Source: Candidatus Equimonas faecalis (GTDB lineage: Bacteria; Bacteroidota; Bacteroidia; Bacteroidales; Bacteroidaceae). Taken from it: a stretch of 64,000 nt of DNA. This document shows, piece after piece, positions 58,435 to 64,000 of the stretch. The DNA is taken from positions 17,961-81,960 of the forward strand of contig JAGHRT010000008.1 of NCBI GenBank assembly GCA_018066245.1. Direction: 5' to 3'. A model generated the notes under the pieces. The model was not told where the DNA came from, did no database searches, and saw nothing but the letters and a program-made list of their open reading frames with translations. The position numbers and the translations under genes were made by a program. Within the stretch, counting starts at the first letter, position 1; each line of letters opens with the position of its first letter.

Positions 58435-59405
58435 TCGGCGGGGCAGGAATGGAGTTGCAAGACGATGGGCAAGTGGTCGGACAGGCCGCCCTGATATGTC
58501 GGGCCGAGGAAGGTGCGGCGAGGTACGGGGCCTCGGTCGGTGTTTCCCAGCAGGGAGGGCATCGCAGCCACGCTGGCCGAGGGCCGCAGGCGACTCACGA
58601 GGGCGGGATTGGCCAGGAAGTGGTCGATTTGGCTCCACTCGCCCTGATTGTTGTAGGTGCCGGCGAGGGTGTCGGTCAGGACGGCATAGCCGGCAAGGGT
58701 GCGGGCCAGCACGGGGTCGGCGGCCGTGGCGTTAAAGTCGCCCATCATCAGCACAAGGGGCTGGCGGCGCACACGCTGCAGGCTGTCGGCACACTGTTGC
58801 AAGGCCTCGGCCACACGCTGCCTGTAGCGCGAGGCAGCGCGTCCTCCCCTGCGCGACGGCAGGTGGACGACAAAGAGGTCGAGGGTGTCGGCTGTGGGCA
58901 GTTCGCCCCAGACGTGCAGGATGTCGCGCGTTGGGCGTTGACCCTGAAGGGGCGGCACGCGCAAGGAGTCGTGGCCTACGGGCCGGAACAGCAGGGGCTG
59001 GTAGAGCAGGGCCACGTTGATGCCGCGCTGGTCGGGGCCGTGGGTCATCAGGGCCTCGTAGCCGAGACGCGCAAGGGAGGTGCGGCGCGTGAGGTCGCGC
59101 ACCACGCTGTCGTTCTCCACCTCCACGAGTCCCACAAGGGCGCAGGGCTGCACGCCTCCCAGCGCGGCGATGTGCCGGGCCAGCCGGCCGAGCTTACTCC
59201 AGTAGCGGCACCCATCCCAACGGCAGGCCCCTTGGGGCGTGAAGTCGGCATCGTCGTGCGCAGGAGCGGGCACGGTGTCAAAGAGGTTCTCCACGTTCCA
59301 ACAGGCCACGCGCCAGTCGGCCCTGCCCCACAGTTGCGGGGCCACGGCTCCGCCTGCCAGGAGAAGCAGGAGGCACAGGGCGGGAAAGAATCGGCGGGCA
59401 GGCAT
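58431..59405 (-). CDS. Endonuclease/exonuclease/phosphatase family protein (exported)
   Basis: Motifs WNVENLFD, EVEN, RGINVALLY, HLPSR, MGDFN, IDH and SDHLP. Start probably 59405 (ORF track gives 59459). Confidence 0.88.
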   Translation of the reverse strand: MPARRFFPALCLLLLLAGGAVAPQLWGRADWRVACWNVENLFDTVPAPAHDDADFTPQGACRWDGCRYWSKLGRLARHIAALGGVQPCALVGLVEVENDSVVRDLTRRTSLARLGYEALMTHGPDQRGINVALLYQPLLFRPVGHDSLRVPPLQGQRPTRDILHVWGELPTADTLDLFVVHLPSRRGGRAASRYRQRVAEALQQCADSLQRVRRQPLVLMMGDFNATAADPVLARTLAGYAVLTDTLAGTYNNQGEWSQIDHFLANPALVSRLRPSASVAAMPSLLGNTDRGPVPRRTFLGPTYQGGLSDHLPIVLQLHSCPAE

Positions 59406-59472
59406 GGTCTGAAGGAGGGGCGGTTTAGGTGCAAGGCGGCTTAGCGCGGTATGCCGCAAGACGGCGGAAAAC

Positions 59473-59678
59473 AGTCGTATAGGGTAGGTAAAACTGTCGG
59501 CGGACTAAGAAAAACTATCGTATAGAGTAGGAACAACCAGAGGCGGACTAAGATGGAGAAGTTGGTTGCCGCACCTGCGGCGAGGCGGACTAAGATGGAG
59601 AAATCGGTTGCCGCACCTGCGGCTCGGCGGGCTAAGATGGAGAAATCGGTTGCCGCACCTGCGGCTCGGCGGACTAAG
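59473..59678. repeat. Dispersed-family 42-bp repeat, 3 copies, with flanking 21/22-bp units
   Basis: ggcgg(a/g)ctaag at 59499, 59542, 59584, 59626 and 59668; each 42-mer contains the palindrome gccgcacctgcggc. Confidence 0.92.
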
Positions 59679-59680
59679 CC

Positions 59681-61858
59681 TCACTTCTCCAAGGACAGCC
59701 ACCACTCGCGCTCATCGGGGCTGAGGTCGCAGGGCGACACGTAGTCGCCCTCCACGTGGAGTTCGCCGCCGCATTGCAGATAGTGCGTCACGGCGGGGCG
59801 CACGGCTTCAGGCCACACGGGATAGTCGGCCATGTTGTGCGGTACGCGCCGCTGCTTCCCTGCCAGCCAGTAGAGGGCATCGTAGGGGGCGAGAGGCGAA
59901 GGCAGGGCATCGGCGCAGGCACTGCTGATGTCGGCCTCGGCGTGCTCCATCACGAAGGCGGCGGTGCGGGCCACGCTGATGTCGAAGCCGTTGCCCACGA
60001 GTTCCACGCCCTCGCGTTCATGGCCGCTGTAGCCCAGCCCCGTCTCGCTCTCGTTGCCTATGCGCGAGCGGTCGAACACGCGCTGCGCTCCGCAGTATTC
60101 CAGCGTGCGGCCCCAAGGCACGCCCGCGTCGGCGTCGAGAAGAAAGCCCAGACTGTCGGGCGTGTCGATGTAGGCCGGCCCCGACAGGCGCGTAAAGGCA
60201 TCGACGAACAGGACGCGGCGGGTCGGCGCGGACGGGTCGGCAATCGGGCTCTTATAGACGGAGAGCTGGTGCGAAGGGAAGCTCAAGCCGCCGGCATTGG
60301 CCGCCACCACGCGGAACGTATAGCGCAGGCCAGGGATGAGGCGCTGGCTGAAACAGGTGTCGGTCGTGAGCTGGCCGTTGTCGAAGTCGCCATCCTCCGT
60401 GCGCGTGTATATTATATAATGAGTAGGCGCGGCGGTAGGCTCCAGCGTATCGGGCGTGGCCTGCCAACTGAGCCGGGCGCAGTCGCCGCTCACCAGAGCT
60501 GAAAACTTCCTCACGGGCAGGGGCTGCACTGCCACATACGGGGCAAGCGAGTCGGGCACAAGGCTGCGAAGCACGCTCTTATAGATGGAACGGGCTATGC
60601 GGTACTTGAACACGGGGTCGTGGGCATAACGCGCGTCAAGGAAGTTCTGATGCGACAGCATCTCCACTATGGCAGCCGGCACGCGCGGTATGCGCGTCTC
60701 GGCGTAGTTGCCGTCGCGCAGGGAGCGGTCCTGCCATCGGAGATCGGAGAGGTCGGTGCGGAACGACGAGAGCAGGCGGCGGCACAGCCGGAGCGACGCC
60801 TCGTCAATCTGTTGTTGGCGAAGCGTGGTGTCGGAGGCCGTGGTGCAGATGGCCAAAGTGCCATAGACCAGCGAGTCGGTGCGGTAGCCCGCATCAGTGT
60901 GGACGGCCACGCTCATGTCGAAGGGCACGTCGCGCTCCTCCATGAGATAGTTGAGCATATTCCCGCGCGAGCGCAAATCATCCTTGTAGTCGTCGCAGCC
61001 CCTCTCGGTGTTGCACAGCGTGTCGGGCAGGCCCGCCCATTCCGTCCAGTAGCGTGCGGCTTCAAGGTAGTGGGGCAGGCCACTCGTCCGTGCAAGGGTG
61101 TCGGGACCTTCGGCGGGCAAGGGAGCATTGTAGGGGCGGCGGCTGATATGCCCCATACCGCCGCCGATGCGCACGCTCCCCAAGGCCATCCGCCCCCTGT
61201 AGCGCGTGCCCTTGGCCAGCTGCACGCAACCGTCGAAAGGCAGGGCGGGATTGAAGCGGTAGGTGCCTAAATACACCCAGGTGCCGGCTCCCATGCGCTG
61301 GTTCACGGCCACGCGCGTCCGCTCGCCGCCGTGGTGTATCGTATAGACGGCATCGGGCACGGCATCGGCCAGATAGGGATAGCGCACATACACGGCATAT
61401 TCGCCTGCGGCAGGCACGGCAGCCTGCCAAACGTAAGCCTTGGCCGTTTCCCGCGTAACCGTATCGACGAGGGCTTGGCCGCGCTGCATGTCCCGCTCGC
61501 GCGGCGTCCACACCACGGCCCCCGCATTCTCCAACATAGGGATGAGGAAGGGATAGACTATGGAGGGTGTGAGCAAGTCCTCCGTGGTGCAATACAGGCG
61601 GGGGCGCTGCCACTCCCAGGCTCCCGACACGAGAGTGTCGCCCGGGGCAAGTGCCGTCTTCTTTTGCTTATAGTAACTGCCGTGGCTGGCCCACACACAA
61701 ATATGCCGCCCCGCCAGCCCCTCAGTGGGTTGGAACGGTACGGAAACATTACGGACCCACGGCTGCGGGTCGGCGGCTGTCTGCGCCGCAAGCGGCCTGA
61801 CTCCTGCCATCAGCAGAAGAGCCGCCAGTATCGGTATGAGATTATAGTTCTTCAACAC
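59681..61858 (-). CDS. Secreted amidase_3-like / golvesin-C / FN3 protein (Bacteroidales family often labelled 'xanthan lyase')
   Basis: Motifs WASHG, WQRP..TTED, PMLENAGA, GTWVYLGTY, AVHTDAG, EMLSHQNF and FN3-like YTFRVVAANAGGLS. Confidence 0.72.
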   Translation of the reverse strand: MLKNYNLIPILAALLLMAGVRPLAAQTAADPQPWVRNVSVPFQPTEGLAGRHICVWASHGSYYKQKKTALAPGDTLVSGAWEWQRPRLYCTTEDLLTPSIVYPFLIPMLENAGAVVWTPRERDMQRGQALVDTVTRETAKAYVWQAAVPAAGEYAVYVRYPYLADAVPDAVYTIHHGGERTRVAVNQRMGAGTWVYLGTYRFNPALPFDGCVQLAKGTRYRGRMALGSVRIGGGMGHISRRPYNAPLPAEGPDTLARTSGLPHYLEAARYWTEWAGLPDTLCNTERGCDDYKDDLRSRGNMLNYLMEERDVPFDMSVAVHTDAGYRTDSLVYGTLAICTTASDTTLRQQQIDEASLRLCRRLLSSFRTDLSDLRWQDRSLRDGNYAETRIPRVPAAIVEMLSHQNFLDARYAHDPVFKYRIARSIYKSVLRSLVPDSLAPYVAVQPLPVRKFSALVSGDCARLSWQATPDTLEPTAAPTHYIIYTRTEDGDFDNGQLTTDTCFSQRLIPGLRYTFRVVAANAGGLSFPSHQLSVYKSPIADPSAPTRRVLFVDAFTRLSGPAYIDTPDSLGFLLDADAGVPWGRTLEYCGAQRVFDRSRIGNESETGLGYSGHEREGVELVGNGFDISVARTAAFVMEHAEADISSACADALPSPLAPYDALYWLAGKQRRVPHNMADYPVWPEAVRPAVTHYLQCGGELHVEGDYVSPCDLSPDEREWWLSLEK

Positions 61859-62390
61859 AGAATTTTTCGGGATACTTGCCCTCGTAGGGACGGAAGTAGT
61901 CCATGATGCGCCTCAAGTCGGCCTCGACATCGCCGGTGGGCTGCAACTCCAGCGTACCCACGATTTGCTTGTTCTTATAGTCAAGGGCGTAGCACTGGAT
62001 GGGCAGGTTGGCCTTCAGGGCTATATAGTAGAAACCGCGCTTCCACGCCGACACACGGCTGCGGGTGCCCTCCGGCGTGATGGCCACCACAAAGTCGTCG
62101 GCCCGCCGGGCGACCTCAGCCACGGCATCGGTCATGGAGGTTTTTCTGTCGCGCTGCACGGGAATACCGCCCATACGCCGGAGAATAGGGCCCAGCGGCC
62201 AGAAGAACCAGTCCTTCTTCATGAAAAAACCGGCGTGGCGGCGAATGGCCCGGTAGTATAGCTCGCCCATGATGAAGTCCCAGTTGCTGGTGTGCGGAGC
62301 TACGCAGATAATGCACTTCCGGCGGGCAGGAAACGTGTCCGTAGCCTTCCAGCCCAGCACTTTATAGTAGATGAATGCGTAAAGGTTCAT
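61842..62390 (-). CDS. 1-acyl-sn-glycerol-3-phosphate acyltransferase family
   Basis: HX4D motif PHTSNWD, GGIPV.R and TPEGTR. Confidence 0.9.
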   Translation of the reverse strand: MNLYAFIYYKVLGWKATDTFPARRKCIICVAPHTSNWDFIMGELYYRAIRRHAGFFMKKDWFFWPLGPILRRMGGIPVQRDRKTSMTDAVAEVARRADDFVVAITPEGTRSRVSAWKRGFYYIALKANLPIQCYALDYKNKQIVGTLELQPTGDVEADLRRIMDYFRPYEGKYPEKFCVEEL

Positions 62391-62653
62391 TCCTCGGGAT
62401 TTTCGGTGGAAGGCGTGTCACTGGCGTGCCGGCGCTGACGCCTGCGCTGCTCATAGACGGTCGTGTTGGTCATGGCAGGCATACGCAGTATGACTTCAAT
62501 GATTTTTATGACTACGGCCAGGATGCCTACGCCGTAGCTGATGTTCACGCCCAAGCGGGAACGGCACACCAGCACGCCGACCATGGCTCCCAGAGCCAGG
62601 AGAATAAACACGCCGTTAAGGATGTTTCGCAGGTAAAAGGTTCTGTCTTGCAT
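62387..62653 (-). CDS. Small two-TM hypothetical membrane protein
   Basis: LRNILNGVFI..VIKIIEVILR; overlaps the downstream gene. Start is MQDR (62653) or 62680. Confidence 0.7.
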   Translation of the reverse strand: MQDRTFYLRNILNGVFILLALGAMVGVLVCRSRLGVNISYGVGILAVVIKIIEVILRMPAMTNTTVYEQRRRQRRHASDTPSTENPEE

Positions 62654-62676
62654 AAGTGTTAGGGGAATTTGGAGCC

Positions 62677-63495
62677 TCACACGTCTATTTCAAGGCCGTC
62701 GTAGGCCAGTTGGACGTGCGGAGGCAGGAGGGCGTTGGTCTCGGCGTGGAAGCCCGCGCCGTGGCAGAGGTGTATGATGTAGGCCCTGTCCACGCCCAAC
62801 TGTTCGGCCAGTGCCACTGCGTCCTCTATGCGTTGGTGCGTGGGATGGGGGCGTTGCAGCCGCAGCCCGTTTACGATGAGCGTGCGCACCCCACGGAGGG
62901 CTTCCAGCGACTCGGCAGGAGCGGTGGTCATGTCGGTGATGTAGGCCAGCGTACCTATACGGAAACCGAGGATGGGAGCTTCGCCGTGCATCACGCGCAG
63001 GGGCATCACGTCAAGTCCTTCTATGGAGAGGCCTTCCCCGGGCCGGATTTCTTCCAACGTGAGGTGGGGTGCGCCCGGGTAGGCCTTTTCGCGGAAGCAG
63101 TAGGCCATGTGGCTGTGGATTTCCCTGGCTACGGGAGCTTCGGCGCATATACGGATGGGGTGCTGGTAGGACACGGGGCGGAGGTCGTCGAGGCCGCCCA
63201 CGTGGTCGTAGTGTACATGGGTGATAAGGCAGGCCGATATGACAGGCAGACTGTAGGTATAGATGCCCACGGGGAAGTGGGGGCTCTCTGCGCCGTGGCG
63301 TTGCTGGAAGCGCAGCATCTGCTGCCGGAAGTCGGGCCCGCAGTCAAAGAGGATGTACTTGCCGGTAGGAGCCTGAAGGAGGGCGGAGGTACGCAGGCGC
63401 CGGTCGTGCGGGTCGGCACTCCTGCACACGGGACACTGGCACCCCAGGTGCGGCACGCCGATGGAAGTTCCTGTTCCGAGAAAATGGAAGCGCAT
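62677..63495 (-). CDS. PhnP-like metallo-beta-lactamase fold hydrolase
   Basis: Motifs LGTGTS.GVP..C.C..C, DCGPDFRQQ, THVHYDH..GLDD and AYITD. Confidence 0.9.
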   Translation of the reverse strand: MRFHFLGTGTSIGVPHLGCQCPVCRSADPHDRRLRTSALLQAPTGKYILFDCGPDFRQQMLRFQQRHGAESPHFPVGIYTYSLPVISACLITHVHYDHVGGLDDLRPVSYQHPIRICAEAPVAREIHSHMAYCFREKAYPGAPHLTLEEIRPGEGLSIEGLDVMPLRVMHGEAPILGFRIGTLAYITDMTTAPAESLEALRGVRTLIVNGLRLQRPHPTHQRIEDAVALAEQLGVDRAYIIHLCHGAGFHAETNALLPPHVQLAYDGLEIDV

Positions 63496-63501
63496 GATTG
63501 T

Positions 63502-64000
63502 TCAGATTTTACCCAGGATGCGGTCCACTACCCAATTGACACTCGTCGCGCTCACGCCGTCGCAGGTACACACCGCCTTGTTCTGCAAGTGTTCCACTAC
63601 GTTGCGAATGAGCGGGAGCTGGACATAGCGCGGATTCTCCACGATGATTTCCTGCCGTCCGCCGGCATTGTGAAGTACGATAGGGTCGTAGGTGAACACA
63701 CTGAAGTTGATGGAGCCTTCGTCGCCTACGATGCTGATGCGGTCCTCGCGGGCGCTCTCGTGGGCCACGAAGCACCACGACCCGCTGCCGGGCAGTCCGC
63801 TCTGGAAGGTGAAGGCGGCGGAGAGGGTGTCCTCGGCTTGGTAGAGGCCGCCGAAGTTGGCGTGGTAGCCGCGTGCCTCCACGACGGGGCCGAACATCTG
63901 CTGAAGGAGGTCTATCTGGTGGGGGGCAAGGTCGTAGAAGTAGCCGCCACCGGCAATGTCGGGCTGGACGCGCCAGGGGAGGCTCTTGCTGTTGTAGTCG
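63502..64000 (-). CDS. Gfo/Idh/MocA family oxidoreductase, 3' portion
   Basis: The frame stays open beyond the track ORF to the window edge: ..LPWRVQPDIAGGGYFYDLAPHQIDLL.. Confidence 0.85.
   Translation of the reverse strand, partial: DYNSKSLPWRVQPDIAGGGYFYDLAPHQIDLLQQMFGPVVEARGYHANFGGLYQAEDTLSAAFTFQSGLPGSGSWCFVAHESAREDRISIVGDEGSINFSVFTYDPIVLHNAGGRQEIIVENPRYVQLPLIRNVVEHLQNKAVCTCDGVSATSVNWVVDRILGKI

Overview
This is a Bacteroidales (Prevotellaceae-like) chromosomal segment, judged from SusC/SusD genes, TAnnTTTG promoters and Prevotella-type T9SS C-terminal motifs. The left third is accessory. It holds a partial secreted-protein gene, a fimbrillin-like lipoprotein fused to a 50-aa leader-like peptide, a 1.1-kb palindromic repeat mosaic, and an 18-kb enzyme-free operon (FAS1 lipoprotein, SusC, SusD, two FAS1 lipoproteins, SusC, SusD). 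The rest is mostly core genes: ECF sigma, fucI, PBP1A, tRNA-Ser(CGA), der, radC, ribH, recF, yebC, pheT, nrdJ, rny, zapA, pepC, an eptA-like gene and rlmH. The most notable observations are: (1) a VTC polyphosphate-polymerase-domain operon with inner-membrane, outer-membrane-barrel and secreted components, a candidate trans-envelope polyphosphate/polyanion system; (2) a dispersed 21/22/42-bp modular repeat family at about 12 loci, one copy of which lies in frame in a signal-peptide region; (3) the leader-peptide/fimbrillin fusion; (4) a compensatory A19:U56 pair in the tRNA; and (5) structured leaders on nrdJ and pheT. No CRISPR, integrase, transposase or reverse transcriptase was seen. All family calls come from motif recognition by eye, not database searches.
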